Assembly (NCBI GenBank): GCA_964016885.1 | Contig: OZ024743.1 | Location: forward strand, 273,668,001-273,732,000 | From: Eledone cirrhosa | Taxonomy: Eukaryota | Direction: 5' to 3' | Length of the DNA: 64,000 bases | Shown here: positions 38,278-51,976 of the stretch, in pieces | How positions within the stretch are numbered: position 1 is the stretch's first letter | Layout: every line of letters begins with the position of its first letter | Position numbers and translations under genes: made by a program | The notes under the pieces: generated by a model | The model's input: the letters and a program-made list of their open reading frames with translations, nothing else | What the model was told of the DNA's origin: nothing | The model's database searches: none

Positions 38278-38323
38278 AACTTTCCAGTTAAATAACATCA
38301 ACGACTGAGACTCAAAGAACAAC

Positions 38324-38361
<38 letters not shown>
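38278..38361 (+). mobile_element. Ultra-short 3' end of a family-B-related R4/Dong element plus (AAT)n
   Basis: actttccagttaaataacatcaacgactgagactcaa matches the family B 3' UTR actttccagttaaccaacatcaatgactgagattcaa. Confidence 0.8.
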
Positions 38362-38639
38362 GAGACACAGCACATAAACATGTGTATGACGTGGATTAAC
38401 TTTAAAAAAGCATATGATATGGTGCCCTCTCCTTGTATTGGTGAATTCCTGCGGATGTTTAGTATTGCTGACATCGCAAAGTTTATGCTGATGATATGCC
38501 TGAGTGGAAAACACTGTTATACTCAAGCAACGTCTTTCTGGGAAAATTATTAATTAAAACATATATCTCCCTAGTGGAATTCATTCTCCCCGTTACTATT
38601 TGTTATAAACAGATCACTATGACACTCACAATCAGTAAA

Positions 38640-40060
38640 ATAAAAATGGGCTTCCAATTTGGAAAGGAAATGCATTCATATAACACTTTCTCTTTATCAA
38701 TGACGTCAAACCATTTGTGGGGTCTAAAAACCAAGTAGACTCATTGGTTAAAATATTTCAGATATGTAGGAGTGACATCGGTATGGAATTTGGGATTTCC
38801 AAATGCCCTGTACTCAACATGAAAGAAAACAGTCCGTAGTAGATTACGATTGCCATCGGGAGAAACCATGGGAAAACCAGAAGATAGTGTCTACAAATAT
38901 TTGGAGATCTTAGAACCAGATAATATTTTGCATGCAGAAACGAAAAAGAAAAGGTTAGTGGAATATTTTTAAAAGGAGGAAAAGGATTTTAAAGTTCCAC
39001 TTGCATGCGAGAAATCAGGTCACACCGATGAATATCTGGGCAGTTGCAATGGTTAAATATAATGCATGTATTCTCCACGGGGCTGAAGGAGAATATCATA
39101 ATTACATAGAAATACGAGAAAATTAATGACCCTAAAGTAAATATTAATAGGCTATGCATGAAGGGAAATACTGGTGACAGATGCCTCATTCGTGAGGATC
39201 ATAGTGAAAGGAAACGTTTGCAAAATATTTGGCAAACATTGACGAAGAGTTGTTGCAATATGCATAAGATATGTGTATAAATGCAGTAGATATGGTTAGA
39301 AAGGATGGGTTTAACGAAAGAGAAGAGAAAAGAAAAGATCTTCTAGAAATGAGCATGAATCGTCTGTTTGAGAGAAATACACAGGATAGCTAGGATAAAA
39401 CAACATCGTGAACATGGCTTAAGTAAGGCAATTTTGAAATGTGCCACTAAAGACCTTATAGTTGCAGCTCAAGACCAACCTTTTGCAACCAATTTGATGA
39501 AATAAAACATCTACAAAACTTCTGACACCGAGAAATGGAGGTTCAGTGGAAATAATGTTATAAATGTGGCCCACTTGGTAAGTGGATGAGAGAGCCTTGG
39601 GCAAAATGAATACAAACCGCGCCATGATAAAATCTGTCTATACCTTCTGTGTCATAAATATCGATATGAAATAATAGAGAATTAGTATGAGAGAGTGCCT
39701 TGCAAAGTAATGTAGGAAGATGGGAAATCAACGATATTTTCAGATTATGATTTTCAAACTGGTAGAATAATCAAGCGTCGTCGACTGGACATTGTTGTGT
39801 TGAATAAGAAAACTGACAAATACTGTCAGATCATCAATGTGGCTATACAAAATGACACTAACATTGTGAGTAAGGGGTTTGAAAAGATCACGAAGTTCTT
39901 TGAATTGAAGTTAAAATTGGCAAGACTATTTGGAATGCGAGAAGGTAATGTGAAAGTGATACAAGTTGTGATCGGGGCATTAGGGTTAATCCCATTTAAA
40001 CTTCAAGACTTCATCAAGCGACTGGGAATATAATACAGGTTGAGTGTCTTCCAGGTATTG
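38640..40060 (+). mobile_element. Degraded R4/Dong-clade fragment
   Basis: GMEFGISK, YKYLEILE, LIVAAQDQ, RHDKI, RLDIVVLNK...EKITKF...VVIGALG; many disruptions. Confidence 0.82.
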
Positions 40061-41116
40061 CATATGCGTTGCTGTACCAATGATGTGAGAGTGATTTATC
40101 ATTCTAAAATATATCGTATATTAACTGAGATGCTTCGGTACATCAAATGACAACTCCCTGTTTGACTCAGCTAATACCCACAATTTATATATCTGCTGGA
40201 CGAACGCACGTAGATGAAGCGATGTTCGAAAGTGTGGTAATCTCTTTATCTGACTCCTCTAATTAATCTTTGAAAAAGAAATGTCTATATTGTGCTTAGC
40301 TACGATATAACAAATACCAACAACTCATATATATATTTCAAATAAGAAATTTGCTGTATAAATCATGTTATATTCGATGGCATATTGCTTTTATTTCATG
40401 ACACTTCTATGTATTCAAAATCTCAGCGACAACTTCAGATAAATAATGAAACATATATCGACTATTTAAAAAAATATGCTGATATTTATTATGTTTACAA
40501 CCGCTAGCTTTATATTCCTATTATCAGAAGGATTAATCGTATAATTAACTTCATTTTGTTTCTATACAGCAAAGTATTACTCCATTAAGGTATCATTCTC
40601 ATGATAGGAACTGTGAAATCTGAAGCCCAATACAACGTTTATCTAAGTATATATTTTTATGGTATTATTTTCAATTTTCACCCCAAGAAAATCTTCCTTA
40701 CAATAACAATAAATGGCCGCAAACAACGTAACGTGCAGAGTGATAACCATGACAGAATGGAGTGTTTGCTATCAAATCGAATCAAACAAATATAAAAGAC
40801 ATAAGATAGATGTTATCGTATTATCCTCATGGTAAATCACATCTGTGATTTTCTTATGTCTCCATTTACTTAACGTAGATAAATCGATAAAAGAAAATAT
40901 ATAAAATTAATCTATTTGTCTACTCGTTAGATTGTATGTCATCTAGACAGAGAAACACACACACATTGACGCGTGCGCGCGTGTGTATGTGTGTGTGTGG
41001 GGGCTGCATTTGTGTTATAAGATACTTACATTTGGGAAGTATGAAAGAGAAAATAATGCGTGTTATTTGAACAGGGAACGTAGGGCGATGTTCAATCAAA
41101 ATTACGTCTGTGGCCA

Positions 41117-41213
<97 letters not shown>

Positions 41214-41539
41214 CAGACATATATGTATATCCACTTCCATGTGTACCTAACGTAACTGGGTACAATTGCCTCCTGCATATTGTTTGTTACTTTCAACTAT
41301 ATATACATGTATGTATGTATGTATAATTCTCGATGTGAATCGGAAGGCGACCACTGTAAATAGAAGTACTGAATACGTTAGGAGAGCATCGTTATATTCA
41401 TTGTATTATAGAAATGACGGGTACAGGATGGAATTTCTTCAATCGTAACACATTATCAGGAAATATATGCATGTATAATTATATTATATACAGGTATATG
41501 AGAATATATATACATATTTATATAGACTCGCACTTAAAA

Positions 41540-41577
<38 letters not shown>

Positions 41578-41623
41578 AAAGTAAAATAAAAAGTCAAATG
41601 TTTAACATTTAGCTTCGTTTATT

Positions 41624-41678
41624 ACTGCTATATATATTTAGGTGACAGCCATCTTTGGCTGTGACCTCTTCAGGCAGT
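41624..41678 (-). ncRNA. Hammerhead copy with GAAA changed to UAAA
   Basis: ACUGC-CUGAAGA-GGUCACAGCCA(aaga)UGGCUGUCACC-UAAA-UAUAUAUA-GCAGU. Confidence 0.6.
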
Positions 41679-41871
41679 CCGAATTAGTGTGGTATAGACA
41701 AGTACATATGTTATTGAGGTGTATAATTTTGTCAATACTCTGATATGTCCAGTTCCTGGTTAGGTTGTTATTTCTTTGAGGAACTGGAGTCATATGACTG
41801 GACATGTCAGAGTATTGACAAAATTATACACCTCAACAACATATGTACTTGTCTATACCACACTAATTCGG

Positions 41872-41926
41872 ACTGCCTGAAGAGGTCACAGCCAAAGATG
41901 GCTGTCACCGAAATATATATAGCAGT
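41872..41926 (+). ncRNA. Minimal type-I hammerhead ribozyme with intact core
   Basis: ACUGC-CUGAAGA-GGUCACAGCCA(aaga)UGGCUGUCACC-GAAA-UAUAUAUA-GCAGU. Confidence 0.8.
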
Positions 41927-42285
41927 AATAAACGAAGTTAAATTTTAAACATTTGGCTTTTTATTTTACTTTATTCTACATTACTCCGGAGTAACCAAAC
42001 CAACCTGCGCACTTCAGCTTGCATACTGAGGTGTTGGTATACAACCAACACATACTCAAAATCTCGCTCTCTCTCTCTATATATATATATATTAGAAAGT
42101 GAGGTTTTTTACAAAATGAAGAAAAACGAGGTGTCCTACACCAGAAAGTATAAGGAAAAAAGATGAAATCGAAAATGCAACTGGAGTCTTTTTTTAGAAA
42201 AATCTATTTATTTGGTTCCGTTACCGGTTTCGCAATTCTTGTCCTTTTCAAAGGTAAAATTGAGATAGAGGGTTTGTGGTTTTCT

Positions 42286-42325
<40 letters not shown>

Positions 42326-42343
42326 GAGAGAGAGAGAGAGAGA

Positions 42344-42406
<63 letters not shown>

Positions 42407-42617
42407 TGAGAGAGAGAGAGAGAGAGAAAGATAGAGATCAGTGTTATGCCAGTTTTAATCTAGTAAGACCATTTTTCTGCAGGGTACTCGATATTTGGGA
42501 TTCAATCAAGATATATTAAACGGCTGAGATTTTGCCGTCTCGAAATCAAATTCCAGAGTATAATTTATTTCCTGTCGAAACAGCAAGAGCTCACCCATCT
42601 AATGTATATAAATTCAT

Positions 42618-42684
<67 letters not shown>

Positions 42685-42693
42685 TATATGTAT

Positions 42694-42787
<94 letters not shown>

Positions 42788-42804
42788 AGAGAGAGAGAGA
42801 GAGG

Positions 42805-42854
<50 letters not shown>

Positions 42855-43038
42855 TAAATAGATAGATCGATTTGGGATTTAGCTTCGAGCATAGCTGTAT
42901 ACAGATATGTATTGGAATTTCGTATTCCTAGAGAAACGCGGTATGTTTATAAATAAACATTTAGAAAGCCGTAGCTATGCGAAATAACTGGTGACTATCA
43001 CCAGCTGGCGGTGTTCTTGCAATAGCAATGGGGACAAA

Positions 43039-43078
43039 CGTTGATGCATTTCGAACTGAACTGATCCTCATCAGGACG
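43039..43078 (-). ncRNA. Degenerate minimal hammerhead motif
   Basis: CGUC-CUGAUGA-weak helix II-GAAA-UGCA-UC-AACG; palindromic helix III AUGCAU. Confidence 0.45.
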
Positions 43079-43209
43079 ATCCCTCCCTCTCTTGCAACTG
43101 CTGGGCTTGAAAACAGGTGAGTTTATTCATACACAAACCCGTATTTCGTTAGAAATACGAAATTCCAATACACACACATACACACACATACATATACAAA
43201 TACAAATGC

Positions 43210-43250
<41 letters not shown>

Positions 43251-43267
43251 TTTGTATATGTCCTTGC

Positions 43268-43309
<42 letters not shown>

Positions 43310-43786
43310 GTATTGTATATATATATGTATATATATATATATACAAGGAGCTCTTAAGAGTCAATGGCCATCCAAAATCACCGGGAGAGATGACCCATTA
43401 GCCTTTGTCAAGGCAGAATTCTAGGAGAAGGAAAACTCTGATATAACACCTGCAACCCTGATGGTATCCAATGATGTTGACTTGTTTTACTTTTTGGTAA
43501 ATATCATCTTGGTTAAGAGAGTGGGACTGGCTCTGTGCAATGCCTTTGCTCACTATAAAAGCTTCATGGCACAGGCATTGCTTTATATCTGGAGATCTCT
43601 CTGCACTTGTCACATGGTACCATGGGCCCAGCACTATGTGTCAATAATTGTCACAAGTGTAGTGTTTGTACCAGAGTTTTCAAGTCGCTGGATGGACTCA
43701 AAAGTCACACTCGTTCAGCGCATCGGTAGGGGTTCTCCTACATGGATATAAAGTAGTGGCCGTACTCGAAAACGAGTTGGCAGCCA

Positions 43787-43859
<73 letters not shown>

Positions 43860-44199
43860 GACAAACTACAGTGTGCGCACTTGCTACACGCATCGGCTGT
43901 TATGACTATGTGAGTGTTTGTGTGTGTATATGTCTTTGTGTGTGTAGATTTAAATGATACATAGACAATAGAATTACAAAGCCACACGCATCTATATATA
44001 CATCTATATATACAGACACAGTTAGACAAAATTATTGTTACAAACACACATCTATGTGATAACTGAACAAGGAGGGGTGAGCAACTATAGAAGTGCAGCG
44101 TCCTAGGATTCGTCATGCTCGCCTGTTTAAGTGTGTAGAGAATTGGCTACACACATTGGCTGTGTACATGTGTGTTTGTATCCCTTTTGTGAATGAAGG

Positions 44200-44241
44200 A
44201 ACCAACCAACAAACAAACATTTCTTTTATATTGTATATAGA
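44200..44241 (-). mobile_element. Helitron-like 5' terminus
   Basis: A|TCTATATACAATATAAAAGAAATGTTTGTTTGTTGG; a CTAG|T with a small hairpin lies on the plus strand at 44255-44285. Confidence 0.45.
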
Positions 44242-44283
44242 TATTACAATTAGCCGTCACTTTTGACAGCATTTGGCCAGCTA

Positions 44284-44381
<98 letters not shown>

Positions 44382-44528
44382 TTATAATTCTTTTGAGTAT
44401 ATTCAATGACGTGATTAATGCTCTGTGAATATTGTACACTATTGAGTTGACTATACGTGCTGGAAATTACGTGCACATACACGTCTGTATATTCAGTAAA
44501 TGTTTGACATCAAATATTGAGTCGCGTA

Positions 44529-44651
<123 letters not shown>

Positions 44652-47099
44652 AGAGAGAGAGAGAGAGAGAAAGAGAGGGGGGGGGGGGAAATGGCTGTAT
44701 GCAGATAAGTGTGTATGTATGTATATATGAATTTTTGTGTACATGCAGAAATACATGAAAGAATACGCATAAATTTTCATGTATATATAGTATAAAAACT
44801 CATGTATTTGGAATCATATACATACATCCACTGAAACACACCTACAGACTAGTACATATGTTAAGTATCAGATAGGTATATTGAGCGATTTATTTATATA
44901 TGATAAGCGAAGTGATGAATATATAAGCGTCTTCATGGGGGTTGTATTAGAGAATTACAAAGTGATTAATTGCCCATCCAATGATATTTCTATATATATG
45001 ACTGAATAAACATAAGGCTAAAGATTATATTGAGGAAGGGCTTTCAGACATCCAAGCGATCGATAGTAACCTGAAACATGCAACTTTTACAGGCATGTTT
45101 TGTACTGACAAGCAACTGAAAAATGCAATGTAGAGATCGAGTAAAACGTCGCTCACCCACATGTGCAGTCACACACCCACTCAATGGCCATATACATACA
45201 TGTATGTATGTGGCTAATCGTCTATTCCCAGACCAGGGTTCCAGTTCTTAAAACAACAAATTAGCTACTCGTAAAATCAACGTTCGAGAAATTTAGAATT
45301 TCACAGCTACAAGTACCCATTGAATTACATTGCACCTCATTTCTGAACTAGATATAACGTGCCTTCCTCATACATATATGAATATACATATATAGATGTA
45401 CAACCGACTGATACCCAAACCTGAATGTAGTACATCTAAAATTATCCACGAACTCCATGTAATGCAATGATAACTTAATCTACTAACAGACACTCATGCC
45501 AGAGGTTTTCCAACGAAGATCTTAGTCAACATGGTATCAACGTATGGCATATATATATATACGTAAATAAAAATGGAACATATTCAAACTTGAATGTAAC
45601 TACATCTAAATGATACATAAACTAGAAACGAACCGACGAGGCTGCTTCTATGTAATCGCTAAAATTGCCTCAACAATTTTCTCCAAATTCTACCGTACGG
45701 TCATAAGAAAAAGGAAAAAAACCATTACGTGTCGTATATATATATATATATATTATTCAAAATGTTAGCAAATGAAAATTATTCGCATAATCAAAATATA
45801 TACTTTGCTGTTTTTTCAGTACGTCCTCATCAGACAAAATATATGATTTTAAATATGACATACCGCAACGTTCTTGATTATTCAGTTCCTGTATTGGCAG
45901 TGATTTATTTCATCAAATCTGAACGTTTTTATACCACAAATAATATGATAAACTTAAAGAAGAAAAGGACGTAGAGCAAATTAGAGATATGGTAAAGAGG
46001 AAAGGCAAGAAATAAATAAATACATACATAAATAGATAAATGAATAAAAAAGTAAAAACATAAATACATGAATAAAAGAAGAAAATAAATATATTAAAAA
46101 AAAAGAGGAATAACGACAAAAGAGAGGGAAGGTGTGGAGATAGTAAAAGGGAACGAAGGGGTGTAAAGAGAAATAAAGAAAGATAAGGAAACATCGAATA
46201 AAGGGGGATAAAAAAAAACGTTGTTTTCAAATGCTAGGTAAAATAAGAAATCAAATCTATTCATAAACAAATCTATTCATATTCATACACATTTGAATAT
46301 CTCTTGTATTTGATTATTTTTTAGCTAATTATACTTATATATTATATCAAGATTATTCCGTATAGATTACTTTCCATAGCAATCACATATTTAATTTAAT
46401 AATAAATTCATACAATTTTAATTTTAAGGTAAGATATTCTAAAAATATTTTGTTACAACTTTAAGAGAATTAATCTTTAAAGCTTATTTAAATAATTATT
46501 AAATATGTATTAAAATATATTACCATGCATAAATCATCATCAATACATATAATATATTTAAATCATTTATTACCCAAATTATTTTATTTAATTTAGAGAT
46601 TCTCTTTATAAAAGCTTTACTATTCATTAATTTTCATTTAATTCCTAGAATCAAACTAGTTATATTTACTCTCATTAATTTAATGAAAGGTTATATTTAC
46701 TTGTGTATTTACTTATTTCGATATATAAATTCCTTTTAATGATAGTCTATATATTATTAATTTCCATATTTCATATTTAATATATTTTACCAAGCTAGTC
46801 AAAAAGAAATGTTTACGGACAATGTAAACAAAAGGAAGATAACTCATTCACCATATAAGCATTTATAACTTATCTCAACTCTCACGTCCAGCGATATTTC
46901 GAAAGTCATAAATCATCTATTGTATATATCACAATTCATGTCTAGTTAAATATTGAACTGTCCCAATCAAAGCATAGGATAACGAGACTCTTAATGAAAT
47001 TATTCAAATATATATAAATAACAATACATTATTTCTACAATAAGGCAAAACATATATATATTTAAATTATTAATTGTCAATATTTTTTCGAAACTTGTA

Positions 47100-48915
47100 C
47101 ATTGCGTGGAAAGTTTTACCAATTTGTTGGTGACAACTACTAAATAATTCATTTTTTTGTTGATTAAATTGTCATAATTTGAAATTATCTGTAGAATCTC
47201 TTAATTTTATAAGAGGATTTCAAGGTTACAATGATTTCAAATTTGCGAAATAGTTGAGTTCCGATAGAAAGCATCATTCTTTAATTTCGTCCAAGAGATG
47301 GAGTATTTAATATTATTGTCCTTTAAAGACCATACTAGTTGTGAAAGTGAAGTTGAAATTTGTTTATCTGGTTTATTGAAAGAGTGTCCATGATTATACC
47401 AACGATCCTTACATTTAGATGAGGTGGCACCTATGTAGTTAAATAAATTATAATTTGTCTTAATGGTATATTTATATACTAGATTTTTGTCAAGGCAATT
47501 ATTTTGTAAAGAACATTCAGACCTCCTTCTACAATTACATTTCATCTCAATGCAGACGTTAAACTATTTCCATTATTTATTTAAAGGTGTTCTACTATTA
47601 TTCGTGTTTAAACTATTATTATTGTTATTCACGTTAACTAATATATTGTTATTAATATTGTTACTAATTATAGGTTGGTTCAACTTTAGACTTTTATTAT
47701 TTATTTTTGCTATATTTTGAGCAATATTCATAGTTGTTGAATAAGAAAGTTTAACTGTGTGTCTATTGAAGATAGAGTAATATTTATGTGACCTAGGGAA
47801 GCATTTATCCAAAGCATTAACAAATAAATGTGCTACAGGTGTTTTAATAGCTAAAGATGCTGGCGGAGCATTCCAAATTATAGATCTAGTTCTTATTTTT
47901 TTCTCCGATTTATTGATCAAGTTATTGTTTTTATATTCATTTTTATTATGATTACTGTGATTATAATTACTTTTATTTTCAGTATTTGTTTCTATATACT
48001 CAATATTATTGTTATATCCAGCTTTATGTAACGTTTCATTATAATATACAGCCTTACTATTAAATATGGATCTGTTAGCAGACAGCCAGGATATTCCTTG
48101 TTGTTCACTGTTGACTATTGCATTCTTAACACTTTTATGTTGATTAGAATAAAAACTAACATAATTTAAGTTCTCATTGACTTTATGGAAAGGATAATAA
48201 AGGCCTGAGTCCAAATTCAGAGTCACATCTAAAAAATTAACTATTTTATTATTATTTTCTACTTCTAATTTCAGGTCGTAATTTTAAAAAAATTCTATAA
48301 TTACATTCTCTACTCTATTTAATTCGCTATTGTTATGTTTTTCTACAATAAATAGTATGTCGTCCCTATATAAACCTCCGGTAATCTCCGGCAATTTTCT
48401 ATTTATGATGTTAAGGATAAAAAAGCCCACAAGATCTCTAACTTGCGCCGAATCTGACGAGCCCATAGTAATGTCAAAATTCTTCTGTCTATCCGCCCTG
48501 GTCCAAAGATCATTATTAAAATCAATCAAAGTTCCCCTTGTTGTTAATATTTATCTCATCAGTAGATAGGTCTGTGTTTATATGCATATGATAGCGCCTT
48601 ATTTAATAGATTAGGAGTTATGAAGGAATAATAACTCGCTATATCCATTTGAATGAATTATAATTATTTTTAATTTTGATATTATTGAACCAATCTATGA
48701 CTTCGCTAGTGCCTTTCCATAGATTTAGCCGTGACCATAATTTAAGTGTTGGTAAAATCCTATCTATTATATGTCCTACTAATCATTCCAAGATCTGATT
48801 TAGAAGGTGCTATAAGTCTAACTGGTAAGTCCTTTTCGAAATTTCTTTTATGGTCTTTAAAATTTATCCGCGGTTGCTTTGGTATGAAACGTTCAGTCTT
48901 CCGCTCTATTCCAAG
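47100..48915 (-). mobile_element. Penelope-like element (RT plus GIY-YIG, Neptune-type Cys linker), disrupted
   Basis: FDITMGSSDSAQVRDLVG, GLYRDD, YVSFYSNQH, FNRHTVKLSYST, KCNC...C...C..NLVY...YIG.T...KDRW.NH, TSLSQLVW. Confidence 0.9.
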
Positions 48916-48958
48916 ATACATATATATATATACACATATCTGTGTGTATATATATACC

Positions 48959-49005
<47 letters not shown>

Positions 49006-49012
49006 ACACACA

Positions 49013-49153
<141 letters not shown>

Positions 49154-49642
49154 CATAGTTATATATAATGGTTTATTTATTTATTTATTTATAATAAAAA
49201 AAGAAGTTGAAAAGGCAATTGGAATTTTAAGAAGTTCTATTTACGGTATTAATTTAACGGTTTCACTAGATTCATGATTTTCAAACGCTAAGAGAGAAGT
49301 AGCGATGTATGGCTATCCCGAATTGTAACTCGCATATGTGTATGGGATCAATAGTATTACATATAACACTCATTTTTTACCAAGTGCATAAAGGCTAATT
49401 GTGTTAATCACATGGATAAATACAGAGTATAACGATTCAATGTAGGTGAAAAAATACTAAAGATATTATTGTTCAAATCAATTTATTAATTTCATCAACG
49501 GTTTTGATAAATCGAAACGGTCGTAGAAATTATCACAATCATTTTATCTACAAAACGATTTGTTTTTTCCTCTAAATTCAAGAATATACACACACACACA
49601 CACACACGCACACACACACGCACACGCACACACACTCACACA

Positions 49643-49707
<65 letters not shown>

Positions 49708-50905
49708 TCATATATATATATATATATACCCCTCCCCCACATATTTATATATATATAATATTTTACAAGAGTATTATAAAATTAGATATATTTGAGAATG
49801 TTAAAAGTAATTTACTACTACTTTTTGTAATCATTTTCAAATTACTTCTTAGTTTCGGGCAATTTTCTCTATCTTACTTCAAGAGAAAGTGCTTGACTTG
49901 AAATATCTATCAACATCTTCGTGTTAAAGAAAATAACATTTTGTTGACAATCTGTAACAGTTTTAGTGAATTATTTTGAAATCTTTCGATCTTAATTTAT
50001 GAAACATTTTGTTTCTTAACGCCAAACGATAAATACTGAAATATATCACTTGAATTGTTCTGTATTTTTAATTTTCCTCTCTTTATACGTTTTTTAATTA
50101 TAAATATCAAGTTCCATTTTATACATTTTATATTTTAACTAGTTGTTTTATAATTAAGCAATTAATTATTTTGGATTTTTAATTATTTTTCTTAATTTAT
50201 TTATTACATAATTGCCTATTGTTACTCAAACGAAGCATGTCTATCGGTGTTTAAGTACATTGTTAACAGTATTTGCTTTCATTTCTCGTTATATTATGCT
50301 AAATAGGTTGAATATTTGGAAAGTCGGATCGAATCCTCTTCATTATACGTTCTTGCTATCTACTCTATGTGATCCTGTCTCGCCGAGGTCAGCTTTGTTC
50401 CTCATCCTTCTAGGGTTAACAAATAACTTACTAATCCGTTATTGGACTGATCTTCATTTATATTTCTTCCTAACTCTTTTTCTTGGTATCTGTTCTTCTG
50501 GAATAAATCGGCTAGAATTTTCGACCGGGTTGTCATACCCAAGATATGTCATATGTCACAACAGCACCCCTATGTGTCCCATAAGAGTTAAGGCCCCATA
50601 GCATGACCTATGATAAATCCTTCAGATTAATCTTCAAGTATGATTGGTTAAATTACTTGAAATAGCAAATTTCTTGTTTCTCACTTTACCAGTATTTTGC
50701 TATTAACTCATTTTTTACCTCCATATCAATTTATAAAGGAAATCAAAATACCCTGAAATTAATAATTTTCATGTGCCTATATAAGAAACCATTATTTTAT
50801 ATTCAGTCACAAATTACTTTAAATTACATTCGCTATCGTTCTTAACAGTGATCCTTTGGTAACCTCAAATAATTTTACCCCGAGTCAAAACCTAGCCCCA
50901 TCAAA

Positions 50906-50940
<35 letters not shown>

Positions 50941-51790
50941 TCTCTCTCTACCTCGGGAACGCTCTCTCTTTCACCCCTCTCTCACTCTGTATTTCCCTTT
51001 CTCTTTCTCTCTCACTTCCCCCGCCCCCTCTTTTTCTCTATATTTCCTTCTCTTTCTCTCGACAGATATATGCTGACCATTAGTAATTGACTGTAGCATG
51101 TACTATTTCAAAAAAGCTGAGTGATCTAACTCTGTCAATTACCTTTCAAACAGTTTTTTCCATCTTATTCAATAACTCAAATATGATGAAGACAGCTAGC
51201 TATTAATAACCAGTTTCTCCAGCATTTTGATTCTCTCGCCCTCATTGAAAACCAACAAAACCTGTCCTTCTATGCAAGTAAGCTGGACATTTGAATTACA
51301 GATAGACTTCAACACCGCACATTATCTGATTCCGTCGAACAATTGTTTAATTGGAAGGATTGACTGAAACTGACGTTATTGTAATATACAATTAGCAGAA
51401 AAAAAACACCCTTCGGATGGATTTCAGCTAGCTTGTGTATTGTGTATATTATACGCAAGTATATATGCATGTAGATATGATAGAATAAAAACGTAATTGA
51501 CAATATACACAGAAATTGAACGAAGACTGTGTTACACTGTCTTATGTAATCAGTCACGTAAACCATGATACATTAAAAAAAGACGATATTATATATAAAC
51601 TGCATTAGGAGAAAATTAGTGACAGAAATATATGAACGTCGCTATTTAAACGTCGCTAACCGGAAGTGTTGACATTTGAAAATTTAAAAAAGGTGAATCT
51701 TTAAATAAGTAATAAAATATATTTAATGAACAGCCACTAAATTTAGTAGATAAATTATGTAATATTCATCCATTATTTATTCAAAGTAAT

Positions 51791-51976
51791 GGCGGTGGAT
51801 TGGCAGTATCGGTAGAGGGTCGGACGTCATGCTTTGACGCATAGAGTTACGGCCCTTTCCATTATGATTTCAAATCCCGCCGAGGTCAACTTTGCCTTTC
51901 ATCCTTACGGGGTCGATCAAATAAAGTACCAGTAATGTACTGGGTAATTGCTGGTCTTGTGCCAAAAGTAGAAACA
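51791..51976 (+). mobile_element. Full-length tRNA-derived SINE with 19-bp TSD
   Basis: TSD attatttattcaaagtaat at 51772-51790 and 51977-51995; same body as the copy at 20765. Confidence 0.92.

Larger units (their letters stand above)
41572..41978. repeat. Inverted repeat with ~180 bp arms and ~43 bp spacer (inverted pLTR-like)
   Basis: 41572-41753 is the reverse complement of 41797-41978 with a few mismatches. Confidence 0.93.
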
